Shown here: positions 37,405-50,529 of the stretch, in pieces | Layout: every line of letters starts with the position of its first letter | Numbering within the stretch: position 1 is the first letter of the stretch | NCBI RefSeq assembly: GCF_032191835.1 | Contig: NC_083226.1 | Location: forward strand, 100,068,001-100,132,000 | DNA: 64,000 nt | Source of the DNA: Heteronotia binoei | Taxonomy: Eukaryota | Direction of reading: 5' to 3' | Translations under genes and position numbers: made by a program | The notes under the pieces: generated by a model | Databases searched by the model: none | The model's input: the letters and a program-made list of their open reading frames with translations, nothing else | Told to the model about the DNA's origin: nothing

Positions 37405-37863
37405 TATCAGTATCTAATGCTGGTCCATCATTTATTTATTTGATTATAGGCATAATGAACCATCATTTGGTGACTTCTAACTTCATCTTAGGACAGAATG
37501 GTTCAATGAATGGGGAGGGCTAAGGCTTGACAAGCAACGTACAGATTCAAATCTCTGATCAATTATGAAGCTTGCTTTCAGCTTCGCAGTATGCAATCAT
37601 ATGGTTTATTATGAGGATCGCTAAGATGAGAATTGTAAAGCATTTTTCACTTTGATAAGTACCATGGACATAATAAATATAATGATGATTTCTAAATGTT
37701 GAATGAAAGTATTTTCTGATTTGTTTTTAGGAAATACCAATTGATAGTTGATTCATTGCTGATTTCTGTCTAGATCAATCTTTCTGACATTGGGATCATT
37801 TTGCATAACGTGAATAAAGGTACTAGTCAGAGTTACACCAATCTATTAGCTTTCATAGAGTTT

Positions 37864-38703
37864 AGGGTTGCCAATCCCCAGATAGGCAAACCAGAAACTG
37901 CAGTGTACTGATTAGAAGCAACTAAAGCAGACCACTGTGTAATTACATGTTGCAAACATTTGCTAAACAAATTTCCTTTGTATTCTGTTACACATATATA
38001 TTTTCATTCAAACCAAAATTCTTTTCAAATCAAAATACAATCATTTTTCATATATATTTTTATAATGTGGTACTGTAGTCCACTGTCAGAAGATTCCTTA
38101 TTTTGAGAGACATACTGTAACAGAATACAAGGAAATTTGTTTAGCAAATGTTTGCAACGTGTAATTACGCAGTGATCTACTCTAGTTGCTACTAATCCTC
38201 AGGTAGGGGCAGGGAATCCCCTGGCTTGGAGGCCCTCCCCCCACTTCAGGGTCATCAGAAAGCGGGGGGGGGGGAGGGAAATGTCTGCTGGACACTCCAT
38301 TATTCCCTATGGAAACTGATTCCCATAGGGTATAATGGTGAATTGAACTGCGGGTATCTAGGGCTCTAGGGGAGATGTATTTTGAGGTAGAGGTACCAAA
38401 TTTTCAGCATAGCATCCAGTGTCTTTCCTCAAAACACCCTCCAAGTTTCAAAAGGATTGAACCAGGGGGTCAAGTTTTATGAGCCCCCCAAAAGGTACTT
38501 CTATCCTTCATTATTTCCAGTGGAGGAAAAGCATTTAAAAGGTGTGCGGTCCATTTAAATGTGATGGCCAGAACTCCCTCTGATTCAATTATGCTTGTCA
38601 CAAACTTGTTCCACTCCCAGTATCTCCTGACTCCACCCCCAAAAGTCTCCTGGCTCCACCCACAAAATCCCCAGATATTTCTTGAATTGGACCTGGCAAC
38701 CCC
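37864..38703. mobile_element. Harbinger-like MITE split by a ~310-bp inverted-repeat insert
   Basis: 5' stub gggttgccaatccccag (37864-37881); body resumes at ~38194 and ends ctggcaaccc. Confidence 0.7.
37910..38197. repeat. ~83-bp inverted repeat with 123-bp spacer
   Basis: 37910-37992 is the reverse complement of 38116-38197 with a few substitutions and one indel. Confidence 0.92.
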
Positions 38704-40228
38704 AATAGTGCTCCAGAACAAGTACATATATGTGTATCCATCTCTGAGAGTAAATTTGGATTTCTTCACTGAATCCTTCTACCTGCTTGAAAACCAGACT
38801 TTCCAGTCAAGTGATTCATTTGTTTACATTTTAAAGATGTGTTAATTAATAATCTCTGCACATGGAAAAGCTTAACAGTAATTATACTGCAACTTGTCCC
38901 ATTGCCAGCAAAAACCTTTTCTAAACATCAACTCTGTAGCCCCAGGCAACACTACTGTGTCCTGTGAACAGATCTTGATATTAGCTGACATAAGATGAAA
39001 TACAGGAAATCTACAGATACTTACCATGAGCCACCATTTTTCTCCTTATCAAGAATATTTTAGTCTTTGAGAGTATGTGGAGCTTCCAAAACAAATCCAC
39101 TGATGAAAGTAATTGCCTAGTACTGCTCTCTTAGTCAATAGGAACTGCCTAGATAAAATTTATTTTATTTTCTTTCTTCATTTATTTGATGGGATTTCTA
39201 TCCCGCCCATCCCTCCTTTATCACATGAAGTAATAAAGAGGCAGCATTAACTGAGATTATCTGAATATTCATAGTAATTTTTGTAACCTTTTGAATTGGT
39301 TTTATTTGACTTCCTGGACTTTGGATGTAATCTCTTGTCTGAATATGTACTGATCACAGTCAAAGTTCTCTCTTAACCAATTGTGCAGACTGACATACAA
39401 AATATACTATTTTATCAAGGTTTTTTAAAACAAGTGGTGGACCACAATCTACCTTTCTTTCCTACAGTCATTCAGGGATGATAGCAATTTGGAAGAAGAA
39501 AGAACTCCATAGAAAGAGTGACTGACTTGTATCTGAGCTTTTACCATTAGACATGCAACCCTCAGAAATAAACAGTCCTAGATTGGTTTCAGCAAGATCA
39601 GATCTCAAGAGTTGTTTTGCTTCACTGAAGCCTTAACTAGCCTGGCCACACCTCTCCTTTTTCTGAAACCAAGCTAAATGTAGGTTACAATGATAACAAA
39701 ATGATATACAATTAAAATCAATTACAACTGACAAATGTACATAATTAAAAATTAGACAGGAGTGTCAAAAGCCCTCCTGACATTTACAGGGAGGGTTATT
39801 TAGTTGTAGTTGCTGGAACAACATCTGTTATTGACTGGCTATCTGGGCCACTTTCTTTTCCCAACTGAGGCTTAACTTGCCTAACCAGACCTTTAGTTTG
39901 TTCCTGAGAATCTGAGGGTTCTTGCCCAAACTTTGAGCCTTACCTAAGACTATGCTCCCATGTCCCCTTATTCTCTTCAGGAACCATCACTCTTGTGCTT
40001 CTGCTGTATGGTCAGTTGTACAGTGTGGGACAGTGTTTACTACTGTGCCTAATAAAACCATCCAAGACACAGTGTGGTTGTAACAGACATAAATGTGCTT
40101 ATCTCTAGCTTTATACAAGTAACAGTGATTTGTATAACTATACTGCAAGTATGATTGATTACAAAGCTAGTATCCTACCCTTCTGACCTTTAGAAGTAGC
40201 TTACAAAGAACATGTATAGTATACTTAC

Positions 40229-40336
40229 TCTGTAATGCCAAATGAACAATTTGCTTAGTATTGGGAAATGGGGCATATTGGGATAGATCCAATGATTCTT
40301 CCGTGAATCTTCCTCCAATGGAAGAACCACTTAGGT
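40229..40336 (-). CDS. Candidate coding exon of an unidentified gene (108 nt, phase 1-1)
   Basis: ttttccag| acceptor and CAGA|gtaagt donor; open frame (D)LSGSSIGGRFTEESLDLSQYAPFPNTKQIVHLALQ. No homology recognised. Confidence 0.3.
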
Positions 40337-40538
40337 CTGGAAAAGTCTCAGTAGGCCAGAAAAGGGCTTCAAACTTTATTCAGAGGAGAGAACAGGTATT
40401 AAATTCCATTACCTTTAAGTTTACCCCATGTGTTGCACAAAGTAACAAGCTAACCTACAAGAATTTTGCTTTGGAACAGTTACAAACATATATATGCAGC
40501 TTAAAAAATTCTATCTTTAGAATATCCTCATTTGTATA

Positions 40539-40855
40539 TGTTAAATAGTGGGTTTGATGCATGAGGAGACTTAGTTGCAGTTGATCAAAGCTCTTTATTG
40601 GTGATTACAGCATTGTAATAGGCAGACTAAGACTACTGTACTGGGCCAACGGGGCCAACTATATACTTTCCAGCGTTCCCACACTAGAACGTCATTGGGT
40701 CATTTGAACCAGCATTGGACTGGTGATTGGTCCTGGGAAGCAGAGATTTGGATCCTGCTTCCCATTATTCCCATGTCCCCAAGTTCAGTCCTAAAAGCTC
40801 CAATGAGCCAGGCAGTAACTACCCACACCAAACATAGAGTCACACATACACAACA
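40539..40855 (-). mobile_element. Solo LTR (317 bp)
   Basis: TGTT...AACA termini; minus-strand TATA-like tatatag followed by AATAAA; 5-bp flanks gtata/atata (one mismatch). Confidence 0.7.
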
Positions 40856-41176
40856 ATATACTTAGAAATTAGGGAAGCCGATACACTGTCTCATTCTATC
40901 TGACTTTTTTGCCACGCCAGTCATTAAATATTTAGACTTCTGGAAACCATGAGACCTTGAGGACCACTCCTTTTAAAGTTAACAGGATAGTTCTGAAAAA
41001 TCTTAAAATAGTCTTTATTGCACAAAAAGATCATCAGGCCTGTATAGTAACCTACTTTTATTGCCCTCATAGAAGAATAGCAGGTTATCTAGAAAGGATA
41101 TTTTGCTGGGAGCTGAAATAAATGAACATATAAACATAAACCATTGATGATGCATGCTTTCTGAAGGCTATTTAGT

Positions 41177-41659
41177 AAAGTTGCCAATCCCTATTTGGGG
41201 CAATGGATCCCTTTGTTTGGAGGCCCTCCCCCTGCTTCAGGGTTATCAGAAAGTGGGGGGATATCCAATGAGCACTCAATTATATGCTATGCAGACAGGT
41301 TCCCCGTAGGGTATAATGGAGAATTGATCTCTGAGTATCTGAGGCTTTGGGGAAGCTGGGGGGTTTTTTAGGTAGATGTGCCAAATTTTCAGCATAGCAT
41401 CTAATGCTCTCCTCAAAAAAAACCTCTGAAGTTTCAAAAAGATTGAACCAGGGGGTCCAGTTATGTGAGACCCCAAAGAAGGTGCCCTCATCCTCAATTC
41501 TTTCCAATGGAAGAAAGACATTTAAAAAGAATGTGATGGCTAGCACTCTCTTCAGAGTTCAATCATGCTTGTCATAGCCTTGCTCATGGCTCCACCCCCA
41601 AAGTTTCCTGACTCCACCCCAAAGTGCCCAGTTATTTTCTGAGTTGGAACTGGCAACCC
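41177..41659. mobile_element. Harbinger-like MITE
   Basis: aagttgccaatccc ... ctggcaaccc|ta; body shared with the other copies. Confidence 0.75.
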
Positions 41660-41859
41660 TACTTGTTGTAAGCCACCCTGAGCCCGCTTGCAGGAAAGGG
41701 TAGGATATAAATCCAAAAATTAAATTAAATTAAATTACTATTTAGACATTCAACTGGGACTCACAAGAATTTGCAGAAAACCTCACATTTTCTCTTCTGT
41801 TCCCTGCCCAACTATTTCTCTTTCTTTCTGGTAGCCCTCATATTCTCTTCCCTTTTCCT

Positions 41860-42100
41860 GAAATACACTGAAATGTATAATTTACAATGGTTTAACTATT
41901 TATTTAATTTTAACTTAACTTATGAATGTAATTTTATTTGTTTTAATCGCTCAATTGTTTGTTGTAATATTGTATTTATTATCATGGTATATACCATGTC
42001 GTGTTAGCCGCCCTGAGCCTGCCTTTGGCGGGGGAGGGCGGGATACAAAAATAAATTTGTTGTTGTTGTTGTTGTTATTATTATTATTATTATTATTCCT
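41860..42100 (+). mobile_element. LINE 3' UTR/tail fragment (L2-like) with (TTG)n(TTA)n
   Basis: agccgccctgagcc...gggagggcgggata tail; similar tails at ~25078, ~41675 and ~53925. Confidence 0.45.
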
Positions 42101-42859
42101 TGTCTCCTTTCCAACCCACCAGCTAGGGTTGCCAAATCCAACTCAGGAAATATCTGGGGACCTTGAGGGTGGGGCAAAAGACTTTCCCATTATCTAAAAA
42201 TAAATAAATAAAAATACAGCAGTGCAGTTCCCCTGAATACAGTCTTCATTTTCTCCTCTGTTTTGCATTCAAAGGCTTCCCCAGCAGCTGCATTTCCACT
42301 CTCTCTCACACACACACGCACAAAGCAGCCAAAATAAACAGTTTGCATGCTCATACTTTTGTGATCTCCCTGGAGCAAAGGTATAGATAGCTTTACTCAT
42401 TGGAGTTGCTGAAATTAACGATCTGCTGTATTTAAACCAATTTATGGAGAGAGAGTTCTAGGGGATGGAGTTTTCCTCTATCCCATGCTCCAGGTCTAGT
42501 TAACTCCTTACTATCCCTTTTACTATGCAAACAGCTTCTGAAAGGAATGCAAAATAAACAGAGGGATTAGGCTTTCTTGCTTTCTCTCTCACACACAAAT
42601 GGCTCTTCTTCCTCGCCTCTCCCTGCAGCTTCAGTCTCCCTGAGATTTAAAGGCACAGCTTCCAGAATAGAAGCAGTTGCAAGCATCTGAACCTGCCTGA
42701 GATCTAAAGACATACCATGGCTGTTGGAGTGGGGCTTCCCACCACCAACCACTGGCACTCAGGGAGGAGCCTGCAAAACTGGGGGATCCCCCACCTGGAC
42801 CAGGGGACTGACAAGCCTACCACCAGCCAACCTGCTTTTTATCATCTTCCCCATTGCAA

Positions 42860-43080
42860 GCTGTTTTTATATTTATTTACTAATTTATACCCCAGCTTTT
42901 CCCCCAGTGGGGAACCAAAGCAGCTTACATTATTATCCTGACCTCCTTCATATGTCCCAACAACCCTATGAGGTAGGTTAGGCAGTGAGTGTCTAACAGG
43001 CCCAAGGTCATTCAGTGAGCTTCCAGAGCAGAATGGGAATTCAAACTTGGGTCTCTCAAATCCTAGTCTGACACACTATC
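42860..43080 (-). mobile_element. Old CORE-type SINE
   Basis: caacaaccctatgaggtagg...ggcccaaggtca...gggaattcaaac, reverse-complement SINE layout. Confidence 0.65.
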
Positions 43081-44077
43081 CCAAAGTGACTTCCATGAGG
43101 TGGCTGCTGTTGATAACAGCAAGCAGCAAGGCTGGCCAGTGAGTGTGCTTGGCCCCGAATCCTCTCTCAAAGGCCAAAAACAGATCTGGAAAGGGTCCTG
43201 CTCCTTCTAATGCTTTTTGAAGCCTAGAAACTAAGGTTTGAAGGCTGACAGTATTGTTGTGGTTGCACAGCAATCCCCACAATGCCTACTTCACAGGACA
43301 TTTCTTTCTTTCTGTTATTATTTTGGTGGGTTTCTGTTATTATTTTGATGTGTTTTCTGCAAATCTGGGCCTTTTCTCAGATTTGTACGAAGATCTTTCT
43401 GGTCTGTTCATGTATCCAATTTCCAGATTCAAGAATTCACAAATGGGGCCATGTTGAGCATTAGATGCAGCCTAAAGATGCTAGCACTTTTTTACTGTCC
43501 ATGTTGTGCATTCTGTGATGAGAACTACAAATCTGGCAATTTTTACAAGATTAAAAAAAAAAAGAGAGAAATGTTTCATTTCATTTCATCAGAAAAATCG
43601 TATGTATTTTGCTTCTGTGTTGACCTTTCCATTAGACTCTTCCTTAATTATTAGCTGGGCAAGATAACGACATGCTTATGATGTAATAGGCTGGTAACAT
43701 TGGCCATCCCCCCCCATTTTGTAAACAAAGGACAATTTCAGCAATGCAAATATAAACAGAGTTTCATATGCAAACTCTTTGTGATGGTCCCTCATTAATC
43801 ATTAGGTGGGCTTTCTCCTACTTTGAAAGACTACAATTAACTGCTGATGATTGAAACTCTCTTTTTCAGTTCTGGTAATGCTTTGTGAATGTTTTTAGGA
43901 TTGGTCTGCTGTGTCTGTTGGGAGCTAGTGCTAAAAATCTGGCTTGGCTATAAGTATGTGTTTCATGTGCCAGACTCTGATCCAACTGCTGGCTGTTGTA
44001 GTTATGTTGAAAATTACAAAAACCTATATATGTAAGAATGCAAACATATTTTGTAAAGTAAAGTGGGCTGTTGTAAC

Positions 44078-46347
44078 TAGGGGTGTGCATTCGGTTCGGC
44101 TGAACCGAATCAACCGCCGAATCACCCCTGATTCGGCTGTATACAGAATCGCATACAGCCGATTCCAATTGGGGCCCATTATGTGGGAGCCGAGTATAGC
44201 TCCCCGTATACTTCTGTTTAAATATTCGGAAGTATATGGAAGTCAATACAAAAGGCGGGAAAGGGGTATCTGCAGCCTCAGGGGAGCTGTTTGCCTCCTT
44301 TCCCGCCTCTCCCATAGCCTCCCTGGGATCAGGGAGGGGGGAGGGGGAAGAGGAGCCCCAGCAGCTAATCCAAAGCATGCATTTGCAAACTGCATTGCAA
44401 ATGCATGCTTTGAAGGGCTTTTGTGTAGCTGATCCTCCAGCCATCAGCAACAATGTTGTTCTTTTGTCTGTGTGTGAGAGAGATTGTGCTGTACTGGCCC
44501 TTGGTCCCAGGCAGCTGTTGCTGCTCAGCCTTAACAGACTTGCTTGGAGTAAGAGAAGATGTCTAAAAGGTCAGACAGTCTTGGGGTTCTTGTTTTAATT
44601 TTAGTTGGTAAAAGGACTTTTTAAGACTCAGAGTCCCTTTACTTGTCTGGATTTGGGTGGTGGGTACTAGCTTATTTGGGGTTAGGGGGTTCTGCTGGGG
44701 TGGGGGGGGGTTTGCCAATTTGCCCATATCTTACTTTAGTGAGAGGACTTTTAAAAGTGCAGTGTCCTTTTACTTTTCCTGATTTGGGTGGCTTGGATTT
44801 CTTGAGGTTAGGGTGAAGGGTTCTTTTGGGGGGGAGGGGTTGGCAAAGTTCCTGTATTGTTAAAAGTTAAGTTTTTTACTGTTTTAAAAGGATTCTGTGT
44901 TTGATTTGTTGCTGCTGTGTTGTGCTGCTGTTCCTTTTCTCTTCTGGTTCTTGGGGGGGTGCTGTTTGGCCTAATTTCATTGTTTAAAAGGCCACTTTTT
45001 TAACAGTTGAGTTTCTTGGCCTTCTCCTGTTGTCCCTTTTCCTGGTTCTGGTTTTTTTTGGGGGGGGAGCTGGCACCTGGACGAGAGACCCAGAACCAGC
45101 AGGCTTGTTGTGCTTGGCCAGCTCTCCCCGCGTTGTTTGGGGCAGGGCTGGAGAGCTGGCATCTGTAGATTGTGTGTTCTGTGGCAGGGAAGCTGGCACC
45201 TGGGTGAGAGACCCAGAACCAGCAGGCTTGTTGTGCTTGGCCAGCTCTCCCCGTGTTGTTTGGGGCAGGGCTGGAGAGCTGGCATCTGGGATTGCTGCAG
45301 CCAGGTCTGCAGAGCAGACCTTGAGCAGATTGTGTTTTGTGAGGCAGTGACGTTGGCAACTGGGTTTATATTGGTTCCAGGCCTGCAGGGTTCATAGAGT
45401 AGATAGAGGGATGTAGTGCATTTGGGTCCTATAGAGATTATCTGGTGTGAAGTTAGGTTTGGTTTGGGGTGCCCCAGGAATTGGAACCCCTGGTCCAATT
45501 TTTTTTTGGCCTTGTGGGGGGCTCTCCTCAAAACCTGCTGCTTCCCAGAGCCACTTTTCCCATGACAATTACAGTGAGGAAGTGGCTCTAATTGGTTTTT
45601 TCTCACCATTGGGAGCAGTGTTCCTTTTGGGGTGCCCACAGATGGGTGCAGTCTTTTTGGGCCAGGGGGGTTTCATGCTGGGGAGTCCCCTGAAGCTGCC
45701 CTGCAGTTTTGGGGCCTCTCTCTCAAACCCCCCTCTGGCCAGAGCCACTTTCCCCACAGCAATTATAGTGGAGGAAGTGGCTAATTGGGCTTTCCCCATC
45801 ATTGTTGGCAATGGGCCTTTTGGGGAGCCCAAAGACAGGGACCCCCTGGCCCAATCTTTTTGGGACTTGGGGGTTTTGTAGGGGAGAGTCCCCTGTGGGT
45901 TCCCTGCAGTTTTAGAGGCTCTCCCTCAAACCCCCTGCCCCCCGTAGCCTCTAATTATGCCCTATGTTGTCATTGATTTCAATGGCCCATAGGGTATAAT
46001 GGTGGAATAGGGGCACCCTCTTTGGGTGCCCCTGGAATGGGACCCCCTGGCCCAAACGTTTTGGGACTTGGGGGGTTTGTAGGGGAGAGTACTCTGCAGG
46101 TCCCCTGCAAATTTGGGGGCTCTCCCTCAAACCCCATCCCCTCCAGGCGGCTTCAAATATACCCTATTTGCCATTGATTTCAATGGCCCATAGGGTAGAA
46201 TAGGTCTGTATATTCGGAAATAGCTGCGCATCTACTGTATATGTAGCTATTCTGACTACAGAATTCAGAAATATACGGGATTCCGATTTTTTCTCCCCGT
46301 ATACTTCCAAATCCGTGTACTTCCGAATTTTTTTTTGCACATCCCTA
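44078..46347. mobile_element. 2.27-kb non-autonomous hAT-like DNA transposon
   Basis: TIRs tagggtgtgca / tgcacatcccta; subterminal ttcgg/ccgaa motif arrays; internal tandem ~125-bp units (45065-45290) and larger repeated blocks (45480-46200). No transposase; TSD not convincing. Confidence 0.7.
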
Positions 46348-46996
46348 GTCTGAATTGTGGTATTCGTGCTGCTGTTCTCCATGGAATATGATAGTATTCA
46401 AGTATAAGACCCTGCTGACCATCTCTTCCCCTTTGCCTGGAAAACTTCCCATCTCTCCCCCTTTGCCTGGAAAACTTCCTTAATACTCAATTGGTAGCTT
46501 TGTGTGATATTAGCCATTGTTTTATTTGTCAACTAAGAAGTCATATCTAGTGCTGCGGCACAATATGTGGAAATATTTTCACTTTATTAGGACAATAGAT
46601 TTCCTTGCTTTCTCATTTACCTCTGCTGTCTCCTGAATTGTACAGTTTGAAGATTTTGATTCTATCAGCAGAGCCTACATGCATTATATACTGTGTGCAA
46701 CATATGCCAATCAGCTGCACAGACCAAAGGTACAAAGCAGCACCTTAACTAGATGTGCTCAAGACCCACTGAAATACACAGGAATAAAATTTGATTAGAT
46801 GGAGGCAGGATGCCAGCAGCTTCTGCCATACATTTGCAGTACAGTGTCTGGTCTTGTATGGAGGCTTAGGGTGATCTAGCAGAAGATAGCAGAAAAGTAT
46901 TTGTTCAATCTGTGTGGTAGTACCAAGGGGAGGAGTAATTAATTTATTAATGTAACAATAAACTCCATTATATGCTGGATAAAAAGCAGCAGCATA

Positions 46997-47460
46997 GGGT
47001 TGCCAATCCCCAGTTGAGGGCAAGAGATCCCTCGGTTTGGAGGCTCTCCCCCCACTTCAGGGTCATCAGAAAGAGGAGGGAGGGAAATGTCTGCTGGGCA
47101 TTCCATTATACCCTATGGAGACTGGTTCCTATAGGGTATAATAGAGAATAAGCCTGTGGGTATTCAGGGCCCGGGGGAGGGGCTGTTTTTTGAGTTAGAG
47201 GCACAAATTTTCTAGCATAGCATCTGGTGCCTCTCCCCCAAAAAACTCCTCAAGTTTCAGAAAGATTGTACCAGGGCATTCAATTTGATGAGCCCCAAAA
47301 GAAGGTGCCCCTATCCTTCATTATTTCCAATGGAGGGAAGGCATTTAAAAAGCGTGCAGTCCCTTTATATGTGATGGCCAGAACTCCCTTTGGAATTCAA
47401 TCATGCTTGTCACAACTTTGTTCCTGGCTCAAGCCCCAAAGTCCACAGACCTGCCAACCC
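46997..47460. mobile_element. Harbinger-like MITE, complete
   Basis: ta|gggttgcca ... ctgccaaccc|ta. Confidence 0.75.
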
Positions 47461-48629
47461 TAATTCTCATTGAAATAATATATTAAAACCTCTGTTGTGG
47501 TTTAGTCAAAACACAGTTTTAAAATAAAAATCATATATACCAATCATATGGGGTTGGGAGAATCTTGTAATTTTTAATTACACTACAAAGCTAGAAAATA
47601 TGTCTGTGTGATAAATAGTTATTATTAACCTTTACCCAATTCACCTGCACTTTACCCTGTAATTTCTCTTCCTGGGATTATTTCTAATATTATAACCCTC
47701 TTGACAGGTATAATCAGCCCACCTTATTAAAAAAGTCATTTCTGAGGAATATTGTCTATGAAATAATTCTTCTCAAATTAGCCAGATCCAGATTCTGCAG
47801 ATCTTAATATGCAGTAGTAAATTTAACTTTCAATATATTGTGCCCCATTAGCTTTTGAAACAATACCTGGCAGTCATTTTAATTCAGTTTCCTTAAATAG
47901 TTCATTTATACCAGTGGACTGGAAGTCTACTTATGGAAATAAAGGGTAGGAGGTAATTAACTTATCCCAGGTATCATTCTCTCGGTTCCCCTCCCTGTTG
48001 TGCAGTCTTGAAACGGGAAAGGAGGGAACCAGAGATGGGCATAAACAGTGTTCATTGCAGGTAAGGAGAAAATAGTATCTGTGGAGGATTCCCCATTCTT
48101 TCAGCATATGCTTGTCTCCATTGCCTTTCTTCCAGTAGCTCAGACAAGTTATCTAAAGCTATCACAAGGAAGGATTGGAATTGCATAGAAAGGCAGAGTC
48201 TTGGCAACTGTTAATTGTGTGTGGTTCAGATAGTGAGTCAGATCAGGCTTGGGGGCTGTCATTTGCTGTCTTGTAGTTTCACAAACAGGTAGCTATTTGT
48301 ACAGAACATGTAACATCTTGTCTTTCCCACTGCAACTTAATTCTTTAGGAGAAACTGTGAGTTACTCCATACAGAATCCTAGCACACAAATCCTAAACAT
48401 ACATGCTTGCAAAGAAGGCCACCTTATGTATCAAAAGGACCTAAGTGGGGCCTGGAAATGTCTGGAATTATAACTCATTGCCAGACTACAGAGATAAGTT
48501 CCCCTTTGCAAGTGTTGTACATGTATGGGCTTACATGTTATACAAATGATATGGAACAGCCATACGAGTATTTTGACTGCTTTTCTGCTTTTCATCAACT
48601 GCCATAATATTTATATTGCCCTAAGTCTA

Positions 48630-48959
48630 GGGTTGCCAAGTCCTCTTCATCCCCCGGTGGGGGATATTTGCATGTGCAATGCATGTGTGATGAAATGATG
48701 TCACCCAGAAGTGACATCATCAAAATGGCGGTGCCCCGTGTGGGGCCGCTCTAGGCATTGCCAGGAAAACTCTATGGTTTTCCCGGATGCTGTAGCCATT
48801 TGTGAGGTTAAAACTCTATGGTACCTATGGTACCTTCGAGGTGATGTCATCGCGCCAGTGACGCAGGGGGAGGTTCCCTCCGCCAGCCCAATGTGGGCCA
48901 GTGGGTTGAGAACCTCCCAGGCAGAAGATTCCCCGCCTGGACTGGTGGCTTGGCAGCCC
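48630..48959. mobile_element. Harbinger-like MITE, complete
   Basis: ta|gggttgcca ... tggcagccc|ta; internal atgatgtcacccagaagtgacatcat. Confidence 0.75.
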
Positions 48960-50041
48960 TAGCTAAGTCTCATTGATGGTAATGAAAATTTCCAATTATA
49001 TAATTACATCCTTACATGCAACCCAGCTGTTTTAAAGTGAATGGGAAGATTTCTATTGAAATCAGTGACACTGGATTCTTCATTTCATTGGAGAGATCTG
49101 TCCATGATGCAATTTTGTTGTCACTGACTATTTTAAAAGGAATAAACTATAAAAGGAAAATACTTGGCAAACTAATTGAATGAAAAAGTATAATAATGAT
49201 GTTTAGGCTCTGTCAGTTAACAAACCTGACAGGGAGAACTCTGGAGCCCACTGGTAACAACACCTTGCCATTCTTCCATTCCTATGTACAGCAAAATGTA
49301 CAGTGAAAGCAATTTCACTTGATTGTTTTAACCTAGTGCTGATTTCAGATTCAAGCACAGAAACAATAATGTTCTAATAGCATCAGGTAACATTTCACAG
49401 GAAAATGATTTCTGTGACCTTTCTGCATTACATATGAATATTGCTGACATAGTAAAAAATACAGCCAACTTTCCATCCTAAGCATTCATTTCTTTTTTGG
49501 TTGCCAAGTGCTGCTATCTGCGGTGACAACTGTGTATGAAATCAGCAGGAGAGCTCCACCATGGGGAGTAGGTATGAAAATATATCCAGAAAAAGTGTTA
49601 AATGAAAGGATTTGATTGATTCTCAGCATCTCATTAACATTCAGTGAGAGTCAGAACTGATACAGACCTTGTAAAGCAAAATTAGATGGCTAAGTGACTT
49701 CATTATATGAAACCAAATTATATGCAGCATGTGCCATGGCAAAAATGGGAACTTGTGTGCAAAATGCGTGGTGAGAGACTTGAAATATTCACTAGAAATT
49801 CCACTATTAATAAGAAATTGTATAACCTTATGAATTTCCTGGAGGTCTTTTTACCTACTCATCTGATGACAGAAGAACCTTGCTCAGAGGGAACTGTAAC
49901 TTTTGTTAGATTCAGTACTTATTTAAAATACTGTGAGCTTTCAGACATCATTTTTTGCCATACATATTCAGAGCAAAAGAAAAAAAGAAAAGAAACATAG
50001 TGAATGTGGAAGGTGAACATGATATACAACAACAGGAAAAA

Positions 50042-50319
50042 GCATAGCCAGCTTCAAGAGGGGGTTAGATAAAAATATGGAGTAGAGATCCATCAGTNNN
50101 NNNNNNNNNNNNNNNNNNNNNNNNNNNNNNNNNNNNNNNNNNNNNNNNNNNNNNNNNNNNNNNNNNNNNNNNNNNNNNNNNNNNNNNNNNNNNNNNNNNN
50201 NNNNNNNNNNNNNNNNNNNNNNNNNNNNNNNNNNNNNNNNNNNNNNNNNNNNNNNNNACAGAGTGTAGGACTGGATGGGCCATTGGCCTGATCCAACATG
50301 GCTTCTCTTATGTTCTTAA
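50042..50319 (+). mobile_element. CR1 3' end spanning the second gap
   Basis: ttcaagaggggttagataaaaatatggagtagagatccatcagt[N]acagagtgtaggactggatgggccattggcc...cttatgttctta. Confidence 0.85.
50098..50257. other. Assembly gap (160 N)
   Basis: Run of N, at the position of the CR1-tail microsatellite. Confidence 1.
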
Positions 50320-50529
50320 CAGATCTCAATTTCATTTTCCAATATATTGTGAAAACTGCTTGTGCAAATGAAATCAACTGAACGATCGACATGCATGAAA
50401 ATGTCACAACATGAAATTAAAACAGAAAATAGCATATTAATTGTGTTATTGTATGATTTTGAAGGTTTTTCACAAACGCTTCATTGATTTTTAGAAAGAA
50501 TAGAGAGGGAACTAATTATCAATGTCATA

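Noticed and set aside
44977-45639. 220-aa ORF inside the TIR element as a possible transposase
   Set aside because: Contains a duplicated peptide from the tandem unit and no DDE, BED-finger or hAT dimerisation motifs.
48006-48060. Small plus-strand exon-like unit (gtgcag| ... gcag|gtaagg) within a local hairpin
   Set aside because: Good splice signals, but no recognisable peptide and no partner exons; indistinguishable from a pseudo-exon without RNA data.
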